64,000 nucleotides of DNA from an archaeon. Lineage in GTDB: Archaea > Undinarchaeota > CAZHTU01 > JBDRCC01. Within the stretch, counting starts at the first letter, position 1. Every line of letters begins with the position of its first letter. Shown piece after piece: positions 1 through 9,198 of the stretch. The translations under genes and the position numbers were made by a program. The notes beneath the pieces are model-generated. The model was not told the origin of the DNA, did not search any database, and worked only from the letters and a program-made list of their open reading frames with translations. The stretch is taken from the NCBI GenBank assembly GCA_043822065.1, contig JBDRCC010000022.1, positions 14,189 through 78,188 of the forward strand. Direction: 5' to 3'.

Positions 1-1362
1 ATTGTGGACGGCGTGGAGCAGAGAAAAAAAGTACGGCTGAATTTCAGGACGCGGAAGAAGATACGGGCACGGAACGCCCCTGCGACCGTAAGCGAAGAGC
101 TCTGGGAGGCAGTTAAGGCGTCCCTCAAGGAAAAAGATGTCAAGATTGTCGTAAGGGGGGAAGAGGACCTGGCAGTGATGCCAGTGGTGATGCTCGCACC
201 AGAGGGGGCGCAAGTCGTTTATGGGCAGCCAAAAGAGGGCGTTGTGCTTCTGACGGTAACGGAGGAGCTGAAGGAGCGTGTCGCCAGCCTCTTCATTGAT
301 TACTACATCAAGCGCGGAAAGGAGTTTTTTGAACGCATACAAAAAAAGGACAAAGTCTTTGTAGTGCACCACACAGACGCCGACGGATGCACTTCCGGCG
401 CCCTCGTCCTGAAGAAGCTGGAGGAGATTGGCGTGACCAAGGTGGAAGCGGCATCTCCGCAGAACAGCCCGGTCATTGAGAAAGGCATACGGGACAGGAT
501 AAAGGAGTTCGCGCCGGACGCCCGGATTGTGGTTGACATGGGAAATGAGAACACGAAATACCTGAGAAAATTGTCAAGGCGGATAAAGGTCTGCGTCATA
601 GACCACCACAAGCTTTTCAGCCCTGATTTCGGAAGGACAGTCCTTGTGAACCCGCACCTTGCAAAGGCGCCGCTTTCCATGAACCCATCGGCAGCATATT
701 TTGTGCAGAAGTGCACGCAGGGGCCTGCGTGGCTTTCTGTTGTAGGCAGCATAGGGGACAAGGGGCTTGGCAAGATACGGGACATGGAACGGCAGGTAAG
801 GGAGGCTGACAACATAACCATCTCCGAGCTTGAGGAGTGCGGCATACTAGTGAACTCGGCTGAAGCTTACGAGAACGGCGGGGCGCAGATTGCGCTCAAG
901 GCGCTTCTTGAGTGCAAAAAGCCAAAGGACCTCCTTTACGGCTATAGGGAGAACACGGTCAAGCTCAGAAAGATGAAAGAAATGGTCCATGGATGCGTCC
1001 TGGACATAATAAAGAACCACAAAAAGAGCGCGAAGTTCTATAACGACGTGAAGCTGGTGGCCCTGGAAGTCGGGACACAGTACAGCATAAAGTCGAATGT
1101 CGCAGACTTCCTGCAGGACAAGCACCCGAAGTGGGTTGTTATGATATACCGGAAGGAAAACGGAAGGGTCAACCTCAGCGTCAGGACGCACACCAAGGTC
1201 GACCTTGCAAGCGCGCTTAAGGTTGCGCTTAAGGGGATAGGCAAGGGCGGCGGGCATGCACCGGCTGCCGGCGGCATGGTAAAGGCAAAGGACTTTGACA
1301 AGTTTATGGAGCGGTTCAAGGCGGAAGTGGGCAGGCGCCAGAAATTACTTATAAGGGGTTGA
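1..1362 (+). CDS. DUF359 (GTP-dependent dephospho-CoA kinase) domain fused to DHH/DHHA1 phosphoesterase; 5' truncated by window
   Basis: IVDG..R, NAPATVS, V.GEEDL and VVYGQP.EG motifs (DUF359), then HTDADG, VDMG, IDHH and GGGHAPAAGG (DHH/DHHA1). Confidence 0.8.
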   Translation: MVDGVEQRKKVRLNFRTRKKIRARNAPATVSEELWEAVKASLKEKDVKIVVRGEEDLAVMPVVMLAPEGAQVVYGQPKEGVVLLTVTEELKERVASLFIDYYIKRGKEFFERIQKKDKVFVVHHTDADGCTSGALVLKKLEEIGVTKVEAASPQNSPVIEKGIRDRIKEFAPDARIVVDMGNENTKYLRKLSRRIKVCVIDHHKLFSPDFGRTVLVNPHLAKAPLSMNPSAAYFVQKCTQGPAWLSVVGSIGDKGLGKIRDMERQVREADNITISELEECGILVNSAEAYENGGAQIALKALLECKKPKDLLYGYRENTVKLRKMKEMVHGCVLDIIKNHKKSAKFYNDVKLVALEVGTQYSIKSNVADFLQDKHPKWVVMIYRKENGRVNLSVRTHTKVDLASALKVALKGIGKGGGHAPAAGGMVKAKDFDKFMERFKAEVGRRQKLLIRG

Positions 1363-1377
1363 CTTTCCCTTACGCCG

Positions 1378-2085
1378 ATGAGGGTAAAGCTTATTTCGCA
1401 CACGCCAAATCCGGACATAGTATGTGCGGCGGCGGCTTACACAACGATAAAGGACAAGCCCCCAAGCGAGCTTTTCAAGGAGCTCATGAAGGACAAAAAA
1501 AGGGCTGAAAAAGTCCTCAGGAACGTCGTCGGGTACGGGCACCACTCAGTCATAGAGCACGCCTATTTCACGTTCAGCATCGAGGGCATCTCGAGGAGCT
1601 GCTCCCACCAGCTCGTGCGCCACAGGATGGCATCGTATTCCCAGCAGAGCCAGAGGTATGTCAAATTCGAGGAGATGAATTACGTCACGCCGAAGACCGT
1701 AAAGGGCGCGGTCAAGGCGAAATACGACAAAAAGATGGGAGAGATTGCTGACTTCTACCGCGAGATGCTTGACGCAGGGATACCTGCAGAGGACGCAAGG
1801 TTCGTATTTCCAAACGCAGCGCACACGAACATAGTCGTGACAATGAATGCAAGGTCGCTAATGAACTTCTTTGGCATAAGGTGCTGCTACAACGCGCAGT
1901 GGGAGATAAAGGGGCTCGCTGACAAAATGCTGGTTGAGGCCAGGAAGGTTGCCCCGGTAATATTCGAGAAAGCCGGGCCGCGCTGCCTGCATTACGGCTA
2001 CTGCCCCGAAGGGGCAAGGACTTGCGGCAGGATTACCGAGGTGAGGGGAGAATATGAAAGAGGCGCTAAGGGAAAAGGTAAGTGA
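1378..2085 (+). CDS. thyX: Flavin-dependent thymidylate synthase
   Basis: GHHSVIEH, SRSCSHQLVRHRMASYSQQSQRY and EDARFVFP motifs. Confidence 0.97.
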   Translation: MRVKLISHTPNPDIVCAAAAYTTIKDKPPSELFKELMKDKKRAEKVLRNVVGYGHHSVIEHAYFTFSIEGISRSCSHQLVRHRMASYSQQSQRYVKFEEMNYVTPKTVKGAVKAKYDKKMGEIADFYREMLDAGIPAEDARFVFPNAAHTNIVVTMNARSLMNFFGIRCCYNAQWEIKGLADKMLVEARKVAPVIFEKAGPRCLHYGYCPEGARTCGRITEVRGEYERGAKGKGK

Positions 2086-2605
2086 AAGCAACAGGGGCGC
2101 CAGTGACCTTGTAATGAAGAGCCTCAAGATTGCTGAGGCGGTAATGTGCCTTCCAGAGTACGAGGAGGCAGACATGATACTGTTTTATGTATCGCAGGGC
2201 GACGAGGTAAGGACGCACGGGCTGATTAAGGACTCGCTTTATATCGGCAAGGGGGTCGCCGTGCCAGTAAGCAACACCCAGACTGGCGAAATCGAGGTTT
2301 ATGAGATAAAGGACTTCTCCGAGCTTGTCCCAGGCGCCTACGGCATCCTTGAACCGGCGCCAAAGTTCAGGAGGCATATAGATAGCGCAGAGATAGACCT
2401 TGTAGTAGTCCCGGGCGTTGCCTTCGACGAAAACGGGAACCGGCTGGGGCGCGGCAAGGGCTATTACGACAAGTTCCTTGCAAAGCTCCCAAAGACGGTG
2501 CCAAGAATCGCCCTCGCTTACGAACACCAGATTGTGGGCGAGGTGCCTGCGGAAGGGCACGACGCCAAGGTGGACAAGATTATCACGGAAACGCGGGTTA
2601 TTTAG
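2054..2605 (+). CDS. 5-formyltetrahydrofolate cyclo-ligase
   Basis: YGILEP, IDLVVVPGVAFD..GNRLGRGKGYYD and HD..VDKIITE motifs. Confidence 0.95.
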   Translation: MKEALREKVSESNRGASDLVMKSLKIAEAVMCLPEYEEADMILFYVSQGDEVRTHGLIKDSLYIGKGVAVPVSNTQTGEIEVYEIKDFSELVPGAYGILEPAPKFRRHIDSAEIDLVVVPGVAFDENGNRLGRGKGYYDKFLAKLPKTVPRIALAYEHQIVGEVPAEGHDAKVDKIITETRVI

Positions 2606-2730
2606 GCGCCTTTTGCGTTTTTGCCTGGTTCGGGCATTTATCTGTTGCCTACCCAGGTCAATGGAGTACTTGACTCGTTGCAGAGGGAGTGGTTTTGCGT
2701 GAAAGAGTGAGTGAGGCATCCGATAATAGA

Positions 2731-2745
2731 AAAAATCATTTAAAG
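2731..2745 (+). promoter_or_regulatory. Putative BRE/TATA promoter of glyA-gcv operon
   Basis: AAAAATCATTTAAAG about 33 nt upstream of ATG 2778. Confidence 0.45.
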
Positions 2746-2777
2746 AGGTAACATATTAGTATCCGCAAGGGGTTTTG

Positions 2778-4031
2778 ATGGGAATCAGGGACAAGCTTCA
2801 GAAAGTAGACCAGCGAGTCTACGATTTGATTAAGAAAGAGGAGAAACGGCAGGAGTACGGGCTCGAGCTGATTCCCTCTGAGAATTATCCTTCCGTCGCT
2901 GTTATGGAGGCGGAAAAGAGCATTATGATGGACAAGTACGCTGAGGGCTACCCAGGCAAGAGGTATTACGGCGGGTGCGCAGTTATTGACGAGGTTGAGA
3001 GCCTGTGCATAGAAAGGGCGTGCAAGCTGATGAAAATGGACCACGCCAACGTCCAGAGCCAGACAGGGAGCATGGCGAACTTCCAGGTATTCCTTAGCAT
3101 GCTTAATTTCGGGGACACCTACCTGTCGATGGACCTGAGCCACGGGGGGCATTTGTCCCACGGGAGCCCGGTTAATTTCTCAGGCAAGTTCTACAATGTG
3201 ATTCCATATCACGTCAAGAGGGAAACTGGAAAAATTGATTACGAGGAGCTCGAGAGGCTGGCAAAGAAGCACAAGCCCAAGCTCATTCTGGCTGGGGCGT
3301 CGGCATATCCTGGAAAGTTCGATTTCAAGAGGTTCAGGGAGATTGCTGACCTGGTTGACGCCTGCCTGCTGGCTGACATTGCGCATTTCGCAGGGCTTAT
3401 AGTCTCCGGCGACCACCCGCACCCGGCGAAGCACTGCGATTTCATAACGAGCACGAGCCAGAAGACCTTGAGGGGCCCGAGGGGCGGGCTAATCTGGTGC
3501 AAAGGTGAGTATGCAAAGCAGATTGACAAGACAGTCTTCCCGATGACGCAGGGCGGACCGTACGAGCACGTGATTGCTGCGAAGGCTGTCTGCTTCAAGG
3601 AGGCGCTCACCTCGGCATTCAAGAAGTACGGGCACCAGATTGCGAAGAACGCCAAGGCGCTGTCCAGCGAGCTGATGAGGCTCGGCTGGAAGCTTTGCAT
3701 GGACGGAACGGAAAACCACCTTATGCTCATGAACATGATTGAGTACCCTGCAAAGGGCAAGGAAGTTCAGGAGCTGCTGGACTCTATCGGGCTGTGCGTG
3801 AACAAGCAGATGATACCTTTCGACCCGGAAAAGCCGTTCACCCCGAGCGGGGTGCGGCTTGGAACGCCCGCAGCTACGACAAGGGGAATGAGGGAGCGGG
3901 AGATGAAAAAGATTGCCGGCTTCATTGACAGGGCTATCAGGAACAGGGAAAACAAGAAAGAGATTTCCAAGATAAAAGGCGAGGTCAGGGGGCTTTGCAC
4001 TAAGTTCCCAATTTACAGGGTGCGAAAATGA
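2778..4031 (+). CDS. glyA: Serine hydroxymethyltransferase (bacterial/THF type)
   Basis: LELIPSENY, KYAEGYPGKRYYGG, GGHLSHG and KTLRGPRGG motifs. Confidence 0.97.
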   Translation: MGIRDKLQKVDQRVYDLIKKEEKRQEYGLELIPSENYPSVAVMEAEKSIMMDKYAEGYPGKRYYGGCAVIDEVESLCIERACKLMKMDHANVQSQTGSMANFQVFLSMLNFGDTYLSMDLSHGGHLSHGSPVNFSGKFYNVIPYHVKRETGKIDYEELERLAKKHKPKLILAGASAYPGKFDFKRFREIADLVDACLLADIAHFAGLIVSGDHPHPAKHCDFITSTSQKTLRGPRGGLIWCKGEYAKQIDKTVFPMTQGGPYEHVIAAKAVCFKEALTSAFKKYGHQIAKNAKALSSELMRLGWKLCMDGTENHLMLMNMIEYPAKGKEVQELLDSIGLCVNKQMIPFDPEKPFTPSGVRLGTPAATTRGMREREMKKIAGFIDRAIRNRENKKEISKIKGEVRGLCTKFPIYRVRK

Positions 4032-4324
4032 GGATTAAGAACGACTACAAAGTCGCAGGGGGGAAGCTCGTAAGGGTTGAAGGCGAATCAGCAGGAGAAA
4101 GGATACAGAGCATAAGGATAACTGGGGACTTTTTTATGTTCCCGGAAGATGGGATTGAGAAGATTGAGAATGGGCTTTCCGACTGCGCACTTGAGAAGGG
4201 CATGATAGCCAAGAAAACCGCTGATGTAATCGCTAAGAACAAGATACAAGTCCAGGGGTTCACGCCGGAGGACTTGGCGGAGGCAATCGTCGGCGGGGTT
4301 CAAAATGAAACGGCTTCACCTTGA
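4028..4324 (+). CDS. Lipoate-protein ligase C-terminal accessory subunit (LplB-like)
   Basis: KVAGGKLVRV...I.ITGDFFMFPEDGIEKIE.L motif; located in gcv operon. Confidence 0.85.
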   Translation: MRIKNDYKVAGGKLVRVEGESAGERIQSIRITGDFFMFPEDGIEKIENGLSDCALEKGMIAKKTADVIAKNKIQVQGFTPEDLAEAIVGGVQNETASP

Positions 4325-5426
4325 GGAATGGCACAACCAGCATGCAAGGATGGGTGAGTTCGCCGGCTGGCACACGCCGATATGGTATACGAGCATAAAT
4401 GACGAGCACATGACGGTTAGGGAAAAGGCAGGGGTGTTCGACATCTCGCACATGGGCGAATTCTATTTTGAGGGGAAGGACGCAGAGGCGTTTCTTGACA
4501 AAGTATGCGTAAGCGACATCGCAGGGCTGACGGCTGATGTTTCAAAGTACACATGCATACTGAACGACAACGGCGGCATAATGGACGAGGCAGTTATCTA
4601 CAGGATAGACGCGACCCACTTCAAGATGGTGTGCGACGCAGTCTGCTATGACAAGCTCAAGGGCTGGTTTGCAAAGGTCAGGGAAGGGATGGAGCTAAAT
4701 GTGATTGACAAGACGGAGGACCTTGTCCTTCTCGCGATACAGGGGCCGGACGCGTATTCAGTGTCTGACAAGATGGGGATTGCGGCGAGGGAGATGCCGA
4801 GGTTCGGGTTCAGGCATATAGCTTACAAAGGCAGGGAAGTCCTGCTATCAAATTCAGGGTACACTGGGGAGAATGGCTTCGAGCTGTTGTTTGATGATAA
4901 GAAGCCAGTACACCCTGACCCGAAGAAGGTCGGCGAGCCGACGTTTGCGCTTCAGGTATGGAATGACCTACTGTCGGCTGGCGCAAAGCCGGTCGGGCTT
5001 GGCTGCAGGGACAGCCTGAGGATTGAGTGCGGATTCACTTTGTACGAGCATGAGGACACTGAGGAAGTCAACCCCCTTGAGGTTAACTTCAACTGGATGA
5101 TAAAATGGGATAAGGATTTCATAGGCAAGGAAGCGCTGGTTAATGCGAAGGCTGCAGGAATAAAAAGGAAAATGAAGGGATTTGAGATGGCTGACCGCGC
5201 GATACCCAGGCAAGGGTATGATGTAATGCAGAATGGAAAAAAGGTCGGGGTTGTCACGAGCGGGACGATGCCGCCGACATCTGGGAAGGGCATAGGGCTC
5301 GGGCTTTTCGACTCGGCAGTCGAGGGGGACGTCGACATCATGATCCGTGGAAAGGAAACAAAAGCTAAAATAGTAAAGCCGCCTTTCTACGACAAGCAAA
5401 AGTACGGAATGAAACGAGAGGCTTAG
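4305..5426 (+). CDS. gcvT: Glycine cleavage aminomethyltransferase T
   Basis: FAGW, FDISHMG, LAIQGP, SGYTGENGFE and GLGCRDSLRIE motifs. Confidence 0.97.
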   Translation: MKRLHLEEWHNQHARMGEFAGWHTPIWYTSINDEHMTVREKAGVFDISHMGEFYFEGKDAEAFLDKVCVSDIAGLTADVSKYTCILNDNGGIMDEAVIYRIDATHFKMVCDAVCYDKLKGWFAKVREGMELNVIDKTEDLVLLAIQGPDAYSVSDKMGIAAREMPRFGFRHIAYKGREVLLSNSGYTGENGFELLFDDKKPVHPDPKKVGEPTFALQVWNDLLSAGAKPVGLGCRDSLRIECGFTLYEHEDTEEVNPLEVNFNWMIKWDKDFIGKEALVNAKAAGIKRKMKGFEMADRAIPRQGYDVMQNGKKVGVVTSGTMPPTSGKGIGLGLFDSAVEGDVDIMIRGKETKAKIVKPPFYDKQKYGMKREA

Positions 5427-5456
5427 AAAAGTATAATGGTCGGTAAGGAAAAGGTA

Positions 5457-5527
5457 TCGGAACCTACGAATCTGCAAGATTCGTACGAACGTACAAGCGA
5501 AGCTTGTAGTAAACGTAGTTTTTCTGA
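5457..5527. repeat. Palindromic double-hairpin element between gcvT and gcvH, flanked by a duplicated gcvT 3' end
   Basis: TACGAATCT-GCA-AGATTCGTA (5465-5485) and TACAAGC-GAA-GCTTGTA (5492-5508); TACGGAATGAAA at 5403 and 5529. Confidence 0.75.
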
Positions 5528-5554
5528 TTACGGAATGAAAAGGGAGGTTTAAGA

Positions 5555-5959
5555 ATGCAGGTAGGTGACTACAACATAAAGGAAGGTTTGTACTACCTTG
5601 ACTCGCACGAGTGGGTTGAGATTAAGGGGAATACTGCGACAATAGGCCTGAGCGACTACGCACAGAAGTCGCTTGGTGATGTTGCATACATCGACGTGCC
5701 GCAGGTTGGCAAGGAAGTGAGCCAGAAGGCTGAGCTTTGCGAAATTGAGTCGGTCAAGGCTGTTGACCATGTCTATTCGCCGCTGTCCGGAAAGGTTGTA
5801 GGGGCGAACAGCGAGCTAACGAATTCGCCGGATAAGATAAACAGCGACCCGTACGGTGCGTGGATTGTGAAGATTGAAATTAAGGACGAAAGCGAAAAGG
5901 CGAACCTGAAGGACGCCAACGCGTATGCTGAGTTCGTCAAGGGGCTTGCTGCAAAATAA
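5555..5959 (+). CDS. gcvH: Glycine cleavage H protein
   Basis: HEWV, GLSDYAQKSLGDV and ESVKAV (lipoyl-Lys) motifs, YSPLSG, DPYGAW. Confidence 0.97.
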   Translation: MQVGDYNIKEGLYYLDSHEWVEIKGNTATIGLSDYAQKSLGDVAYIDVPQVGKEVSQKAELCEIESVKAVDHVYSPLSGKVVGANSELTNSPDKINSDPYGAWIVKIEIKDESEKANLKDANAYAEFVKGLAAK

Positions 5960-5961
5960 TC

Positions 5962-7287
5962 ATGCGGTATATTCCAAACCTTTCAAGAAAGGACGAACTG
6001 CTGAAAGAGGCAGGGCTGAAAAGGGAGGACCTTTTCGGCGACGTCCCGAAGGACTGCAGGACGGCTGGGCTCAACCTCCCTGAGCCGCTGCCGGAGCTTG
6101 AGGTCAGGCGGAAGGTTATAGGGATTCTTTCCAAGAACAAAGTTCCGAGGGCAAGCTTCCTCGGCGGCGGGGTCAGGAACCACTTTGTGCCGGAGCACGT
6201 AAGGCATTTGGCAGGCAGGTCGGAGTTTTACACTGCGTACACGCCGTACCAGCCGGAGATTTCTCAGGGGATGCTCCAGACACTGTTCGAATACCAGTCA
6301 ATGGTTGCGGAGCTGACCGGGCTGGAAGCCGTCAACTCATCCATGTATGACTTTTCCACCGCACTTGCTGAGGCTGCATTGATGGCAAAGAGGGCGACCA
6401 GCAGGAGCGAATTCTTGGTTCCAAAGCTAATGTCGCCAAAGAGGAAGGCCGTGCTGAGGACGTACGTTCAGGGCGCAGGAATGAGCCTAATCGAAATTGA
6501 AGCCCAGAAGAATGGCCAGCTTGATTTGGAGGACCTGAAGAAAAAAGTCTCTGACAGGACGGCGGGCGTTTACGTTGAAAACCCGGCATACTTAGGGTAT
6601 TTTGAAGAGGGAGTTGAGGAAGTTTCTGATATAATCCACAAGGCAGGCGGTTTGTTTGTCGTGGGCGCAGACCTGATATCGCTCGGAATCGCAAAGGCGC
6701 CGGGGGACTACGGCGCAGACATAGTCATCGGAGAGGGGCAGCTGCTTGGGAACCCGCCCTCCTACGGCGGGCCGTACGTAGGCGCGTTCGCCGTCAGGGC
6801 AGACCAGGGCCTCGTGAGGAAAATGCCAGGCAGGATAATCGGGATGACGGAAGACGCGGACAAGAACCGCGGGTTCGTGATGACTCTCCAGACAAGGGAG
6901 CAGCACATAAGGCGGGAGAGCGCGACATCGAACATCTGCTCGAACGAGGCGCTGTGCGCGGTGACCGCGGCGATATACCTCGCCACGCTTGGGCGAAATG
7001 GGCTGAGAGAAGTTGCAGAGGCGTGCGCGAAGAATGCGAATTATGTTATGCGGGAGATTGGTAAGCTGGATGGGTTTGAGGCACCAGTGTATGATTCAAA
7101 GCACTTCTGCGAGTTCACAGTGAAGTGCCCCAAGGACGTTGACGGGATAAACCGCAAGCTGATGGAAAATGGGATTCATGGCGGGTCTAAGGTCGAGTTC
7201 CTAAAGGATACTGCACTGTACGCGGTGACCGAAGCCCACACGAAGAAGGACGTCGATGAGCTGCTGGAGGGGCTGAAGAATGTATAA
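5962..7287 (+). CDS. gcvPA: Glycine dehydrogenase subunit 1
   Basis: FYTAYTPYQPEISQG and TLQTREQHIRRE.ATSNICSN motifs. Confidence 0.97.
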   Translation: MRYIPNLSRKDELLKEAGLKREDLFGDVPKDCRTAGLNLPEPLPELEVRRKVIGILSKNKVPRASFLGGGVRNHFVPEHVRHLAGRSEFYTAYTPYQPEISQGMLQTLFEYQSMVAELTGLEAVNSSMYDFSTALAEAALMAKRATSRSEFLVPKLMSPKRKAVLRTYVQGAGMSLIEIEAQKNGQLDLEDLKKKVSDRTAGVYVENPAYLGYFEEGVEEVSDIIHKAGGLFVVGADLISLGIAKAPGDYGADIVIGEGQLLGNPPSYGGPYVGAFAVRADQGLVRKMPGRIIGMTEDADKNRGFVMTLQTREQHIRRESATSNICSNEALCAVTAAIYLATLGRNGLREVAEACAKNANYVMREIGKLDGFEAPVYDSKHFCEFTVKCPKDVDGINRKLMENGIHGGSKVEFLKDTALYAVTEAHTKKDVDELLEGLKNV

Positions 7288-8734
7288 GCAGGCACACGGC
7301 GACAGCAGGCTTATATTCGAGAAGTCGGACTCTTCGACAGGGTACTCCCTGCCAAAGCCATTCGGGACGGAATTTAGCATTCCCGAAAAGCTGAAGCGGA
7401 AGGAACTGAACCTCCCTGAGGTCAGCGAAGTCGAGGTCGTCAGGCATTACACTAATTTGTCCCAGCGGAACTTCGGGGTAGACAATGGGTTTTACCCGCT
7501 TGGGAGCTGCACCATGAAGTACAACCCGAAGATTAACGAGGCGATGGCTGGGCACGAGCTTGTTGTGGATATGCACCCGGAGCAACTGGAGGAAACTGCG
7601 CAGGGCTGCCTTGAGCTGGCGTATAATCTTGGCGAAGTCCTGAAAGAAGTAAGCGGAATGGACGCAGTAAGCCTCCAGCCGGCCGCCGGCGCGCACGGCG
7701 AGTATATAGGATGCATGATAATCCGCGCCTGCCACAAGGGCAAGGGGCAGGACAGGAATGAGATAATCGTCCCGGATTCGGCGCACGGGACAAATCCGGC
7801 GTCGGCGGCGATGGCTGGGTTCAAAGTGGTCCAGGTGCCTTCGCTTGAGGACGGGACAGTTGACATAGAAGCGCTGAAGGCGGCGGTGTCTGGCAGAACT
7901 GCCGGGCTCATGCTAACCAACCCGAACACCCTTGGAATATTCGAGCACAACATCAAAGAGATTGCGAGGATTGTGCACGGGGCGGGCGGGCTGTTGTATT
8001 ATGATGGGGCAAACTTAAACGCGATAATGGGCTTCTGCAAGCCAGGCGAGATGGGGTTTGACGTCATGCACATAAACCTGCACAAGACCTTTGCCACACC
8101 GCACGGCGGCGGCGGGCCTGGAAGCGGCCCGGTGCTTGTGAAAAAGGAACTGGCAAAATTCCTGCCAGTGCCAGTTGTTGAGAAAACGGGCAGCAAGTTC
8201 AGGCTGAATTATAACCTGCCGGAGTCGATTGGGCCTTCAAAGTCTTCGATAGGGAATTTTGGTGTGCTGGTCAAGGCGTACACTTACACGCTGACGATGG
8301 GGAAGATGCTCAAGGACGCCTCAGAGATTGCCGTCCTGAACTCGAACTACATGGCGCAGAAGCTGAAGCAGGACTATGAGATGCCGGGGAAGGAAATCCG
8401 AAAGCACGAGTTTGTGCTGTCAGCGGAGAAAATAAAAACCGAAACTGGCTGTTCGGCGCTGGACATCGGAAAACGGCTTTTGGACTACGGGCTGCATGCC
8501 CCGACGATTTATTTCCCCCTGATTGTCCACGAGGCGCTGATGATTGAGCCGACTGAGACGGAAGCCAAGGAAAATCTTGATAGGTATATTGACGCCCTGA
8601 AAAAAATAAAGGAAGAGGCGTACAAGAGCCCTGACCTTCTGCACGGGGCGCCGGCAAACACCTCGGTCAGGCGGCTGGATGTTACCAAGGCGATAAGGGA
8701 GCCTGTCCTCAGCTGGAAGATGGTTAAGAAGTAA
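7280..8734 (+). CDS. gcvPB: Glycine dehydrogenase subunit 2
   Basis: YPLGSCTMKYNP, SAHGTNPAS and NLHKTFATPHGGGGPG motifs. Confidence 0.97.
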   Translation: MYKQAHGDSRLIFEKSDSSTGYSLPKPFGTEFSIPEKLKRKELNLPEVSEVEVVRHYTNLSQRNFGVDNGFYPLGSCTMKYNPKINEAMAGHELVVDMHPEQLEETAQGCLELAYNLGEVLKEVSGMDAVSLQPAAGAHGEYIGCMIIRACHKGKGQDRNEIIVPDSAHGTNPASAAMAGFKVVQVPSLEDGTVDIEALKAAVSGRTAGLMLTNPNTLGIFEHNIKEIARIVHGAGGLLYYDGANLNAIMGFCKPGEMGFDVMHINLHKTFATPHGGGGPGSGPVLVKKELAKFLPVPVVEKTGSKFRLNYNLPESIGPSKSSIGNFGVLVKAYTYTLTMGKMLKDASEIAVLNSNYMAQKLKQDYEMPGKEIRKHEFVLSAEKIKTETGCSALDIGKRLLDYGLHAPTIYFPLIVHEALMIEPTETEAKENLDRYIDALKKIKEEAYKSPDLLHGAPANTSVRRLDVTKAIREPVLSWKMVKK

Positions 8735-8934
8735 GCTAGTATTGGAAATATATACCAAAAGGGTATAAATGATAAGATGCTTATCTTCTATGCTGCGGAA
8801 ATGGCGTATTGCGGCCGGCAACGTCTGCAATGGATCATGCACTGAAAATGTGCATGTGAACCGATTACAACTTGGGCACCTTTTCTGCAGCACTTTTTGC
8901 GTTTTTTAGAGGGTAGGTTAGGTGATGCTGGCAA

Positions 8935-9160
8935 AATTCTAATATTTTTAATTATTTTCAATATTGTAGATAATTAAAATAATGAGATTTTGGTACGCAT
9001 ATTTGAAAAAATCGGCGTTTTGCATATGTTTTTAGTTAATTTAACAGTATTATTGGCTATAAATAATTATTTTCATTATTGTAAATATTTAATTAGGATA
9101 GAATAAAAGTTTAATTAGTGTATTATTTTCAATATAGAAATGAATAAATTTAAAGAATCC
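8935..9160. repeat. AT-rich non-coding region with three imperfect direct repeats
   Basis: TAATTATTTTCAATATTGTAGATA (8949) vs TAATTATTTTCATTATTGTAAATA (9064); ATTATTTTCAATAT (9122). Confidence 0.75.
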
Positions 9161-9198
9161 TGCCAGAAAGCTATAAACTAAGCCGCAATTAGCTTTCT

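Noticed and set aside
2606-5554. Canonical glycine or ZTP riboswitch upstream of glyA/gcv
   Set aside because: Consensus elements not found by eye
8769-8910. Short ORF after gcvPB
   Set aside because: No SD, atypical composition and no recognisable motif
8935-9160. CRISPR array or leader
   Set aside because: Only three degenerate AT-rich copies with uneven spacing (115 and 56 bp); no cas genes
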